Shown here: in pieces, positions 1 through 11,200 of the stretch
How the letters are laid out: every line of letters starts with the position of its first letter
How positions within the stretch are numbered: the first letter of the stretch is position 1
From: Candidatus Hydrogenedentota bacterium
GTDB lineage: Bacteria > Hydrogenedentota > Hydrogenedentia > Hydrogenedentales > JAEUWI01
NCBI GenBank assembly: GCA_034669905.1
Contig: JAXMOL010000016.1
Coordinates: forward strand, 1 to 64,000
DNA length: 64,000 nucleotides
Direction of reading: 5' to 3'
Notes under the pieces: model-generated
What the model was told of the DNA's origin: nothing
Seen by the model: the letters and a program-made list of their open reading frames with translations, nothing else
The model's database searches: none
Made by a program: the position numbers and the translations under genes

Positions 1-334
1 CCAAAAGACCCAAAAGACCCAAAAGACCCAAAAGACCCAAAAGACCCAAAAGACCCAAAAGACCCAAAAGACCCAAAAGACCCAAAAGACCCAAAAGACC
101 CAAAAGACCCAAAAGACCCAAAGGACCCAAAGGACCCAAAGGACCCAACGGCCCCACAGGTCCCAACGGCCCCACAGGTCCCAACGGCCCCACAGGTCCC
201 AACGGCCCCACAGGTCCCACAGGTCCCACAGGTCCCACAGGTCCCACAGGTCCCACAGGTCCCAAAGGTCCCAAAGGTCCCAAAGGTCCCAAAGGTCCCA
301 AAGGTCCCAAAGGTCCCAAAGGTCCCAAAGGTCT
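1..334. repeat. 9-bp tandem repeat array (CCAAAAGAC > CCAAAGGAC > CCAACGGCC/CCACAGGTC > CCACAGGTC > CCAAAGGTC), truncated by window start
   Basis: Directly visible 9-bp periodicity, about 37 units, in blocks of gradually changing unit sequence. Confidence 0.97.
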
Positions 335-340
335 TTCATA

Positions 341-437
341 GGCCTTCCGGCCCGAAGGGCCTGCACAGTTCCCAGCCCAGGGCAACGCCCTGGGTAACAA
401 CACGGCAACCCCGTTGCACCCAGCCCTGAAAGGGCGA
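341..437. repeat. REP-like palindromic cluster
   Basis: Short hairpins GGCCCGAAGGGCC, CCCAGGGCAACGCCCTGGG and GCCCTGAAAGGGC in an intergenic position. Confidence 0.6.
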
Positions 438-507
438 CGCAGTTAAAAAAACCGCACACCCACGCGGTAAAATAGGCCCACCCGGCCCAAACCTAGGAGA
501 GACCAAC

Positions 508-1653
508 ATGGCCAAGAAAAAACTCAACATCGGCATCATCGGCTACGGCTTCATGGGCCGCGCCCACTCCAACGCCTTCCGCAAGGTCAACAACTTTTTC
601 GATCTCGAATACCAACCCGTGCTCAAGGCCGCCTGCGCCCGTAACGCCGAAAAGGCCCAGGGATTCGCCGACAACTGGGGCTGGGAAAGCATCGAGACCG
701 ATTGGCGCAAGCTCATCGAACGGGACGACATCGACTGCATCGACATCGGCAGCCCCAATAACACCCACTGCGAAATCGTGAAGGCCGCCGCCGAAGCCGG
801 CAAAATGATCCTCTGCGAAAAACCCCTCGCCATGGATGCCGCCGAAGGCGAAGAAATGACCGCCGCCGTCGAAAAGGCCGGCGTCGCCAACATGGTGTGG
901 TACAACTACCGCCGCGTCCCCGCCATCACCCTCGCCAAACAGCTCATCGACGAAGGCCGCCTCGGACGGGTCTTCCACTACCGCGCCAAGTACCTCCAGG
1001 ACTGGACCATCTCCCCCGACCTGCCCCAGGGCGGTGAAGGACTCTGGCGCCTCGACGCCTCCGTCGCCGGTAGCGGCGTGACCGGCGACCTCCTCGCCCA
1101 CTCCATCGACACGGCCATCTGGCTCATCGGCGGCATGGACTCGGTCACCGCCATGACCGAGACCTTCATCAAAGAGCGCACCCACAACCTCACCGGCGAA
1201 AAGACGAAAGTCACCATCGACGACGCCTGCGCCTTCCTCGGAAAATTCGACTGCGGCGCCCTCTCCACCTTCGAATCCACCCGCTACGCCCGGGGCCGCA
1301 AAAACCAAAACACCTTCGAAATCAACGGCGAACACGGCTCCCTCTACTTCGACCTCGAAGACCCGCACCAGCTGCAATTCTTCGACAATAAGCACGAGAG
1401 CCACGTCCATGGTTGGCAGACCATCCTCGTCACCGACTTCGAACACCCCTACATGGACCACTACTGGGTCCCTGGCACCACCATCGGCTACGAACACACC
1501 TTCGTAAACGCCACCGCCGACTTCCTCAAGAGCCTCGAAAGCGGACAAGACCCCGTCCGCCCCAGCTTCCGCGACGGCTTAGAGACGCAATACATCTGCG
1601 ACGCCGTATTGAAATCCGCCAAGACCGGACAGTGGGAAAGCTGCAAGGGGTAA
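508..1653 (+). CDS. Gfo/Idh/MocA family oxidoreductase
   Basis: GIIGYGFMG Rossmann motif, CEKPLA motif, [17 protein letters not shown] upstream. Confidence 0.95.
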   Translation: MAKKKLNIGIIGYGFMGRAHSNAFRKVNNFFDLEYQPVLKAACARNAEKAQGFADNWGWESIETDWRKLIERDDIDCIDIGSPNNTHCEIVKAAAEAGKMILCEKPLAMDAAEGEEMTAAVEKAGVANMVWYNYRRVPAITLAKQLIDEGRLGRVFHYRAKYLQDWTISPDLPQGGEGLWRLDASVAGSGVTGDLLAHSIDTAIWLIGGMDSVTAMTETFIKERTHNLTGEKTKVTIDDACAFLGKFDCGALSTFESTRYARGRKNQNTFEINGEHGSLYFDLEDPHQLQFFDNKHESHVHGWQTILVTDFEHPYMDHYWVPGTTIGYEHTFVNATADFLKSLESGQDPVRPSFRDGLETQYICDAVLKSAKTGQWESCKG

Positions 1654-1699
1654 GAAGAAAGCATAGAGCGGGGGCTACACAGTAACATCAGAAACACGG

Positions 1700-1733
1700 G
1701 CGGCCCTGACGCGAAGTCGGGGTCGCTTTTTTT
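1700..1733 (+). terminator. Rho-independent terminator
   Basis: GCGGCCCTGAC-GCGAA-GTCGGGGTCGC hairpin followed by T7, just downstream of the oxidoreductase stop. Confidence 0.85.
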
Positions 1734-2284
1734 GCACACAGCGCGCTGCAAAGTCACGTGTATCCGGCCTGGCTGCATAGCGCGGCAAAGCCCACTGAGA
1801 CTGCCAATGCACACGACTGCGAGAAAGTCCGCCTCGCCCCTTCCTTCGCTATCCCAAAAAACCAACAAAGGCCACGCCGAAATTTCCCGCCGACTAAAGC
1901 CGGATATGCTTCCAGCCTATCACGTAGAAGTGGCCCCTCGAACTGAACCCTGGGATTGTGACGATATCCGAAGCCTTCACGGAGTCAGTCGCGCCATCAC
2001 GCCTTCCCCCGCCGGCGCAAGCCCCACACACAACACCACCCCCGATCTCATCCGATGATAGCCGTGGTGGTGTGCCCAGACAAGGAGCTTCGACATGCCC
2101 TCCTACGCCCCGTCTCTCCCCCCTCGCCCGTCCCTGTTGTCCCTGTCCTCTCTTCTGTCCCGAAATCAGCGCCCCACGCACGCAGCATTCAGTTGTCCAC
2201 CGCACGGTCGGCCGCTATACTGGAGACGGACCTGACGCACCGGGTACGCTGGTGCACGGCATCCTGGATTGGAGAAACGTACCC

Positions 2285-2884
2285 ATGGACATCTTCCGCC
2301 ACGGCACATCCCTCACACTCGCCTTTCTTATTCTCCTCGCTGGCTGCACGGCAACCGATGCTCCCAAGGCCTGGATCGAAATTCCGCAGGAAGACCTGAC
2401 GGAATCACAGGCGGCGCAGTTTGAAGCCGCGGACGGGGCACGAAAGGCCATGTTCGGCAGCCTGATGGCGCGCCTGACGGCGGCGATGCAAGACGGTGGT
2501 CCGCCGGTAGCCATCGAGGTGTGCAAGGAGGTCGCCCCAGCGATCGCAGCCGAAACGGGCGAGGCGAAGAACCTGGCGATAGGCCGGACCTCCTTCCGTT
2601 TGCGCAATCCGAAGAACACGCCGCCCGCCTGGGCGGTGCCCTACGTGGCGGCGCGCCAGTCGGATCCGGTGGTCCTCCACAACACGAAGGACGGAAGCCT
2701 GGCGGCGCTCTTTCCCATTATGTTGAAACCCGAATGCGTCCAGTGTCATGGGCCCAGAGATGGCCTCGACCCGGCCCTTCGCGCGGCGCTGGACGGGGCC
2801 TATCCCGAAGATGAAGCCACGGGATTCGCAGACGGTGAATTGCGGGGCTGGTTCCACGTGACGGTGCCGCCTGCGCGGGAATGA
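2285..2884 (+). CDS. DUF3365-type c-type cytochrome lipoprotein
   Basis: Start moved to ATG 2285 (MDIFRHG...LAGC lipobox); RTSFRLRNPKN, CVQCH heme motif, YPEDEATGFADGELRG C-terminus. Confidence 0.85.
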   Translation: MDIFRHGTSLTLAFLILLAGCTATDAPKAWIEIPQEDLTESQAAQFEAADGARKAMFGSLMARLTAAMQDGGPPVAIEVCKEVAPAIAAETGEAKNLAIGRTSFRLRNPKNTPPAWAVPYVAARQSDPVVLHNTKDGSLAALFPIMLKPECVQCHGPRDGLDPALRAALDGAYPEDEATGFADGELRGWFHVTVPPARE

Positions 2885-3164
2885 CGGGGTGGAGGCGCGT
2901 ATGGGTGCCCTGCGATTCGTTTCATCCGCGAAGCACCCCGCAAAATGCACGAACTTCACCCAACTCGTTCAGACCCGTCGGTTGACGATCGCGCGGCACG
3001 GGCTGAGTAACGGTGTTCTGCCAGTCCCCCCAGATCCCTTAAATTTCCCCGCGCGCACATGCCTTCTGCGATTGAGTTTGTTATAGTAAGCGCTCGATCT
3101 GCACTCGGCCGTCTCTCCCCATCTGGAGCGACCGCCCTGATGAATATGAACAAGGAGAACACCC

Positions 3165-4250
3165 ATGCCCCTTAACCCACGTTTCGCCGCAGCCCTGCTC
3201 GGGACGGCGTCCGCTCTTGCCCTTCCCAACGCCGCGGTGGCCGACACCAACTCGGGCTATCTCATCCACGATATGGCCCGGGAGCAGGCCCCGGTGGTCA
3301 CCCCGGGAAAGGAATTCGAGGCCCCATCCGACGCCATCGTCCTTTTTGACGGCACGGACCTCTCCGCCTGGCGCACGGAAGACGGGGGCACCCCGAAGTG
3401 GAAGGTGGAGAACGGCTACTTTGAAGCGGTCTCCGGTTCCGACGACATTTTCACCAAGGAAGGCTTCGGCGATTGCCAGCTCCACATCGAGTGGGCCTCC
3501 CCGGCCGACCCTGCGGGTAAGGACGGACAGAACCGCGGCAACAGCGGCGTCTTCTTCATGGAGAAATACGAAATCCAGGTGCTCGATTCTCACAACAACC
3601 GCACCTATGCCGATGGCCACGCGGGCTCGGTCTACGCCCAGTATCCGCCCCAGGTGAACGCCACCCGCCCACCGGGAGAATGGCAGCGCTATGACATCAT
3701 CTTCCACCGTCCCCGCTTCCATGAAGATGGCACGGTGAAACAGCCCGCCCGCATGACCGCCCTGCTCAATGGCATCCTCGTGCAGGACGGCGTCGAACTG
3801 ACCGGGCCCACCAGCTGGCTCATGCAAAAGCCCTATGAGAAACACCCGGACAAGATGTCCATCAAACTGCAGGACCACGACTCGCCGGTCCGCTTTCGCA
3901 ATATCTGGATTCGCCCCCTCAGCCAGCCAGAACACCTGAAGCCAATCCCCATGAAGAAGCGGGAGCACAAGGTGGCCCTGAGCCCGGCCCAGCTCGACCG
4001 CTTCGTCGGCAGCTATGACCACAATCAGGGGGACAAACCCGTGCCCTTTATCGTCGTCCGCCGGGAAGACAATCAGCTCTTCGCCACGGTCCGGGACAAG
4101 CGCGAGTGGGCCCTCTTCGCACAGTCCGAGACGGAATTCGTCTTCGACAACTTCGACGGCACGTTGACCTTCAAGTCCGACGCCAACGGCGCGGTCACGG
4201 GGGTCGATTTCCTCGTGGGCCTCAAGCCCAAGTTCGAGAACAAGCTGTAA
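3165..4250 (+). CDS. DUF1080 (3-keto-disaccharide hydrolase-like) secreted protein with C-terminal DUF3471-like domain
   Basis: Signal peptide; LFDGTDLSAW, GNSGVF, YEIQVLD, LQDH..VRFRNIWIRPL motifs; C-terminal 'LSPAQLDRFVGSY' domain; AAGGAG RBS. Confidence 0.9.
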   Translation: MPLNPRFAAALLGTASALALPNAAVADTNSGYLIHDMAREQAPVVTPGKEFEAPSDAIVLFDGTDLSAWRTEDGGTPKWKVENGYFEAVSGSDDIFTKEGFGDCQLHIEWASPADPAGKDGQNRGNSGVFFMEKYEIQVLDSHNNRTYADGHAGSVYAQYPPQVNATRPPGEWQRYDIIFHRPRFHEDGTVKQPARMTALLNGILVQDGVELTGPTSWLMQKPYEKHPDKMSIKLQDHDSPVRFRNIWIRPLSQPEHLKPIPMKKREHKVALSPAQLDRFVGSYDHNQGDKPVPFIVVRREDNQLFATVRDKREWALFAQSETEFVFDNFDGTLTFKSDANGAVTGVDFLVGLKPKFENKL

Positions 4251-4363
4251 CACCAACGGGGGGGCGTGACCATCCCCCGGGCACGCCCCCCCTCCGGGGA
4301 CTTTCTTTGATAGCATCATCCGACCATCCCGAATCCAACCCCCCATCCGTTCCTCCGCCGCCG

Positions 4364-4687
4364 ATGAGCGCGCCTCCCACCTGCGTCCCGTGCCGGAAAT
4401 GCGGCCAGCCCATCGAGGCGACGGATGCGTTTTGCCGCTTCTGTGGTGCCCAACAGCAGGTGACCGATCCCCTCTATTACCATCCCATCGTCATCCTGCT
4501 CCTCGCGTTCCTCGTGCTGGGGCCCTTCGCGCTGGGCCTCGTATGGCGGGCCCAGGCGATGGACCGCACGGTGAAGATTGCGCTCTACGCCATCATCACC
4601 GCCTACAGCGCCGTGACCATCTATGCGGCCTATAAGATCATCATGATCACCTACCGCGAATTGAGTGTGCTATCGGACATTTTGTGA
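4364..4687 (+). CDS. Zinc-ribbon-domain membrane protein
   Basis: CRKC...FCRFCG zinc ribbon followed by two hydrophobic helices; start set at ATG 4364. Confidence 0.75.
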   Translation: MSAPPTCVPCRKCGQPIEATDAFCRFCGAQQQVTDPLYYHPIVILLLAFLVLGPFALGLVWRAQAMDRTVKIALYAIITAYSAVTIYAAYKIIMITYRELSVLSDIL

Positions 4688-4754
4688 GGTGCCCCCCATT
4701 AGCGTAGCCCCGCCTCCGCCCCCCCACCTTATTCGTTGAATGCCTAGGATACGA

Positions 4755-4965
4755 GGGTGCCACCCTCAAGCAGAGGAGCGAAGCGGGGGAAGCTTGTGGG
4801 TGAACGTGGTTTACCCTCTCCCGAGCCCACAACCCCCAGTCTAAATCAGACAACGCACGGTTAAGCACCCGCCCCTCATTCTTGCCAGGTCACACATTCT
4901 TGTGCTTCGAGACCAATAGACCCGTAAGCTCCTCCGCTTCGCTCCCCCGCGTAAGGGTGGCACCC
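4755..4965. repeat. Inverted pair of ~46-bp REP-like units (4755-4801 and 4920-4965)
   Basis: GGGTGCCACCCTCAAGCAGAGGAGCGAAGCGGGGGAAGCTTGTGGGT is a near reverse complement of 4920-4965; third copy at 28457-28503. Confidence 0.85.
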
Positions 4966-5236
4966 ATGGTCTTCTTTTAGAATCCCCCATATTCAACGTT
5001 GAACAAAAAGCTCTTGCGGTGCTTTGAGGTAGTATGACTATCGGTGACCCCCACTCCCATCAAGTCCCCTCCCTAATAAAAAATTCCCCGCCCCGCGAAC
5101 TTTCTTTCCCCCTTGGGTTCTAATGTCGTGTACCCTGTAACCTTGGATGGTTTCAATCGTTATCTCTAAAGGGAACCCCGTGGGTGATTCGGGGGATTGA
5201 ACCGTACATGACCTTAACCTTGGGGAGCGCTCTATC

Positions 5237-8200
5237 ATGCCGCTGCGCACGTACTTAGCTGTTGTCTTCTTGTTCCTGGGCATTCAACCGGCCTCCATGG
5301 CAGAGTTGCAAAATGTCGCCTTGGGGGGGGCTGCCCCCCACGAAGACGAACTTCCGTCCGTAAACTACGTGGCCCAGCCGCCCGGGGAGGTGGATCTCGA
5401 CTTTCTCGAGCGCTTTGCCCTGGCAGAAGACCGGGGGGAAGTCCTCAAGGAGCTCGTTCCGGGCACCCTCCCCTATTACTATTTCAGCTGCCTGCACCTT
5501 CAGGAACAGGGGGCCTTTGATGAGGTCGACGCCCTCCTGGTGACCTGGGTGGAGCGCCATGGCGACTCGCCCCAGGTGATTGAGATTCGCCATCGGCAGG
5601 CCCTCTTGCGCTATGACAGCCAGCCCGCCGACACGTTGGAATACCTGAAATCGACCTTTCAACTCCGGTTCAATCACCAGCGCCAAGTGCCGGGTGTAAC
5701 GCCCGATTATCCCACGGCCCTCGACCCGACGCTCATCGACCGGGAGACCCTGCGGGAGCAGGCCCTCAAGAAATCGAGCCAGTCCGACCATATTGACGCC
5801 TTCAACCCCAGTGCCTATGACTGGCTCCTCACCTCCAACCTCGCCGAGTCCCATCTGCGCAGTCTGTTGGGCAAGCTCCAACGACCCGATTACCCCCAGC
5901 TGGCAGAAAACATCGCAGCGGACCTCAACGGGCGCAACAGTGGCGGTTTCGGCTCCCTGCCCATCCACACCCTGCTCACCAGGGGCCAACTGGATACCCT
6001 CCTCCAACACAAGCCCGAGCTCCGCGATGACGACACCTTTGTCCAGACCTATGTGCGCCGTTTGGTCCCCAGTGCGGACAACGACCAGTGGCGCCGTGAC
6101 CCGGTGGCCATGGAAGCCTACCTGGATCGCCTGGAAGACTTTGTTGAAGGCCTGGCCCCTGCCCACCATACGCTGAAGGCCCACGTGCGCTATCATCGCC
6201 TCGCCTTTGACCAGTCCCAGGGCATCTACGACGCCCAGCGATTCCTCGCGTACCTGCGCATTCCGAGGCATACCCCCTACGTGCATCCCGATATGCTGAA
6301 GAAGGTGGCGCAGCGCAATCACGTGGCCGACCTGCAGCGGGATTTCGGTGAGGCGACGGTACTTCCCCCCATACAGAACGACGACACCCTCGTCGCCGAT
6401 TACTTCCGCCACTTCTTCGCGGAAGGACATGATATCGACCGCTACCGCCCCTATGTCCGCGAGTCTTTCCTCCGCACCGTGTTCGCCGAAACCCAGCTAC
6501 TACGGGGCACCGGCGACATGGAACAATGGTATTCCTGGCTTTCACCCGATGCGGTGGAGGCCTTAAAGGCCCGGGTGGATGTGAATTTTGCGCCGGAGAA
6601 TCAACAGCAGTTCGCCCAGGACGAAGCCGTCACGGTCGATGTGCTGTTGAAAAACGTCGACCGTCTGCTCGTCAAGGTCTACGAAATCGACACGCTCAAC
6701 TATTACCGCGAATTTGACCGGGGAATCAGCACCGACATCAACCTGGATGGTCTGGTCGCCAATCACGAAGAAGTGTACACCTACGACGAAGTGCCCCTCC
6801 GGCAACATCGCCGCACCTTTTCCTTCCCGGAGATTAAGGGCAAGGGCGTGTGGATTATCGAGCTCGTGGGCAATGGTGCGAGCAGTCGCGCGTTGATTTC
6901 CAAGGGCTCCCTCCAATACCTCAGCCACACGGGCCCCACCGGTCCGGTCTTTACCCTCTTTGACGAGACGGGCCGACGGGTCACCGACGGGTCCATCTGG
7001 TTTGCGGGCCGCCACTACCCGGCCAACGATGATGGGCGCATTACCCTCCCCTTCTCTACCGATCCCGGCACGCGCACGGTCCTGCTCTGTCAGGGTGATT
7101 TTGCTACCCGGGCCCCCATGGAGCACCTGGGTGAGCGCTATCATCTCAAGGCAGGCATCCATGTGGACTCCGAATCGATTCGCGCCGGGAAAATGGCGCA
7201 GGTGGTCCTTCGGCCCCTGCTCTATCTGAACGGTCGCCCCATGCCCCTCTCGCTCCTGAGAAACCCCACCCTGGAAGTCTATTCGGACACCCACGATGGC
7301 GTAAAGAGCACGCAACGGATAGACCAACTCCAACTGAAGGATGACGCGGCGTTGGTGGAATCCTTCCGCGTTCCTGCGAACCTGTCCCAGTTGAGCTTCA
7401 CCTTCCGCGCCACCGTCCAACCCCTCACCCAGAACGCCCCTCAAGAACTCCAATCGCAACAAAGCGTCGAGGTCAATGGCATCCTGACGCAGCCACGCAC
7501 AGCCAGCCTCTTCCTTCACCAGTCGGAACAAGAATACTCCGTGGAAGTCCGCGACACCAGTGGCAACCTGCTCCCGGACCATGCGCTTCATGTGCAGCTC
7601 CACCACCGGGACTTTGTGGAGCCGGTAGAAGCACACCTCAAAACCGACGAGGCGGGCCGGGCACACCTGGGCAGCCTTCCCGACATCGTGAAGATGGGCG
7701 CCTATTCCCGTGACACAACACGCCAGGGGCACATATCGGCCGAGTGGAACCTGCCCGCGCCCACGTTCACCTATCCGAGCATCATCAATGGGAGTTCACT
7801 CACGCCGCTGCGCATCCCCTACGCAGGGCGGGAGCACACCACACAACCCCGTCTCGCCACGCTGCTGGAGATGAACAACGGCACCTACATGGCGGACCGA
7901 AGCGACGCCCTCCGGGTGGAGGAAGGATATCTCATCGTTTCCGAACTTCCCCCGGGCGATTATCTCCTTCACCTGAAGGAAGCCAATCGCCAGATCACCC
8001 TCCGCCTCACGGAGAGCGAGGTGGTTGACGGCCAGCTGGCGTCCACCACGCGCGTCATGGATGCCCAGGTCCCCACGCCGCTGCAAATACAATCGGTAGA
8101 CGCCGACGATTCGGAGTTACGTATTCAATTGGCGGGCGCCAACGCCCTGACGCAGGTCCATATTGTGGGCTCCCACTTTCTCCCCGCACGTTTATTGGCC

Positions 8201-11200
8201 CATTCGCTCGATATCGACCAGAGGCAGATACCAGCAATGCGACGCATGACACCCGACCAGGCGCTTTACACCAACAGCCGTCCGATTGGGGATGAATACC
8301 GCTATGTCCTCGAACGCCGCTTCGCCACGAAATACCCCGGCAATATGCTTGAGCGTCCCGGCCTCTTGCTCACGCCGTGGGCCATCGAAGAGACGGAGGC
8401 GAGCCAGGAAGCCGCCGAAGAGGGCGCCGCCATACCTTCTGTCATGGCCGACGAAGCCGCGTCACCGCCCCCCCCTGCCCCTGCGCCCAGCCCCGCGCGA
8501 ACTGCCAACTTGAATCCAGCCCTCTCCCCCGCTTTCGATTTCCTCGATGGCGGCATGGCGGTCGCCTACAATTTGATTCCCGATGAGCAGGGGATGGTCA
8601 CCCTCCCCCGGGAAGCCCTCCAGGGTCGGAATTACCTGCAGGTCGTCGCCACCGACCCAACGGCCACCGTCTCCCGTTCGGCGGCCCTCCCAGCTATCCC
8701 CTGGTCACCCCGAGACCTCCGCCTGGCCGACGGGCTGGAGCCGGATAGCCATGTCGTGGAGCACAAGCGGGTCAAGCTGCTCGCCGAAAATGAATCCCTT
8801 ACGATCGATCGCACGGGCGACGTGACCGTGCAGCTCTATGATTCCGTCCCGTCAGTGTTGAATCTGCTCAGCACCCTGAGCCGCGATCCCCAGCTCCAGA
8901 AGTTTCAATTCGTGGGCCAGTGGCCCCAGCTGTCTGCGGAAGAAAAGGCGGAGAAGTTCTCTCAGTTTGCCAGTCACGAACTGAACTTTTTCCTCTACCA
9001 CAAAGACCGGGACTTCTTCGAGGCAACGGTCCGTCCCTTCCTGGAGAACAAGTTCCACAAGACCTTCCTCGATCGGTGGTTGTTGGAAGAAGACCTGAGC
9101 CCCTTCCTCGATCCCTGGCAGTTTGAGCAACTCAATCGGGTCGAGCAAGTCCTGCTGGCGAAACGCTTTCCAGAAGTGCAGAAAGCCGTGGCCGAGAAAC
9201 TGCGCGACGCCCTCGAAATGATGCCGCCCAACCCCGCCCTGGAGAATATGCGCTTCATGACCGCCCTCCACGGCACGGCCCTCCGCGGTAGCCGGGGACG
9301 TGGTGACGGCATCGAACTCGACGGTTCCATCCGGATACGCGGAAATTTTTACGATGACCATGATCGCGTTGCGGGCAACGGCGGCTTTGATCCGCGTGCG
9401 GGGGGATTCGCTGGAGGCGGTGGGTTGGGTGCACGCTCTGACGGCATCCGCGAATCGGTACGCAGCGCAAGGACCGTTCAGGAAGCCAAAGCTAAAAAGG
9501 ACGCCAACACCTTCAACCTCATGGACTCGGTGCAAAACGGGGCCTTTGCCATGGAAAGCGAGGCACTCGATGAAGCGCGGTCCCAATACCGCGCTCTCTA
9601 CCGCGCTCCGGACACGACCAAGGCCCTCGTCGAGACCAACTACTACGAGCGCACCGTCGAGGCCACCCATAGTGACATCATCCCGGTCAATGCCTTTTGG
9701 GCCGACTACGCCAACACCCCGGCCGGTAATCCCTTTTTCACCACCCACCTCGCCCAGGCCGACTCCGGTTTCACGGAGGCCATGATGGCCCTGGCCGTCC
9801 TCGATGTGCCCTTCGAGTCGCCCCAACACACGCTGGACACCGAGGAAGGCAGTTACACCGTCCAGGCCGCGGGACGGGCCATCGCCTACTTCAAGAATCT
9901 CGAGTCCGCCGACGTATCGGCGGAGAAGACCCCCGTGCTGGTCAGTCAGAACTACTTCCAGGAAGATGACCGATACCGCTTTGAGGGCAATCAGCAACAT
10001 GACAAGTTCGTGACGGATGAGTTTCTGACGGGCCCCGTCTATGGCTGCCAGGTGGTGGTGACCAATCCCACCTCGACGCCCTATGAATTCAACGTGCTCC
10101 ACCAGCTTCCTGAGGGGGCCCTCCCGGTGAACACAGCGCGGTACACCCAAAGTGTACCGGTATCGCTGGGTGCCTACAGTACGCACCGGCTGGAATACTA
10201 TTTCTACTTCCCCGAAGCGGGTACCTTCACCCACTTTCCGGCCCACATCAGCCAGGAGGATGAACTCCTCGCCTTCGCCGACGGCACTACGCTTAATGTC
10301 GTGGTGGAAGCCAGCCAGGTAGACACCTCCTCCTGGGAGTACATCGCCCATCAGGCCGATTCGGAAACCGTGTTGGACTACCTGAAAACGGCCAACCTGA
10401 ACCGCATCGAACTGGTACACATTTGCTGGCGACTCAAGGACCAGGATTTCTTCGTGCGGGTTATCGACGTGTTAAATGGGCGGCGCATCTATGCGCCCGA
10501 CGTGTGGTCCTACGCCATCCACCACAACAACGCCGAAGCCATAAGGACCTTCCTCGCCCATCGCACGGACCTGCCGAACCAGGTGGGCCCGGTGATCGAG
10601 AGTCCCTTACTCGAACTCGAGCCCGTCGAACGTCGCTTCTACCAGCACATGGAGTTTGCGCCCCTCATCAATCCCCGGGCGCACCATCCCAATGGAAAAT
10701 GGATGATCACCAATGGGCAGTTGATGGTGCAATACCGGGCACTGCTCAACGTGCTGGCCCATCGCAATTCGCTGCGACCGGAAGACCATCTGGCCCTGAG
10801 CTATTACTTTCTGTTGCAGGATCGCGTGGAGGATGGCCTGGCCCAGTTTGCCCAATTGGCGCCGAGCGCGTTGCCCACCCGAATCCAATACGACTATCTC
10901 CACGCCTATGTGAAGTTCTATGAGGAGGACCCCGAAGCGGCGGTCGCCATCGCCACGCCCTACGCCGAGTACCCGGTCGAGGCCTGGCGGGATCGCTTCA
11001 ACACGGTCCTGGCCCAGGCCGCTGCGATACGGGGAGAGACGATGGTTGCCGCAGGACAAGCAGACCAGGATCGCCTCGCTTCCGAGGAACCTCAACTCGA
11101 TTTGGACGTGTCCGACGACGGGATCCAGCTCTATTTCCAGAATCTCCAGGAATGTACCCTGAGTTTCTATCCCATTGATCTGGAGATGCTTTTTTCGCGC

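Noticed and set aside
493..1548. 351-aa antisense ORF, and similar long antisense ORFs opposite ilvB, rpsA, clpA, acs, groL and the giant gene
   Set aside because: Shadow ORFs caused by high-GC codon bias; the opposite strand carries clear family motifs
1958..2284. Pro/Cys-rich N-terminal extension of the cytochrome ORF
   Set aside because: The lipoprotein signal begins at Met 2285; the upstream part is low-complexity
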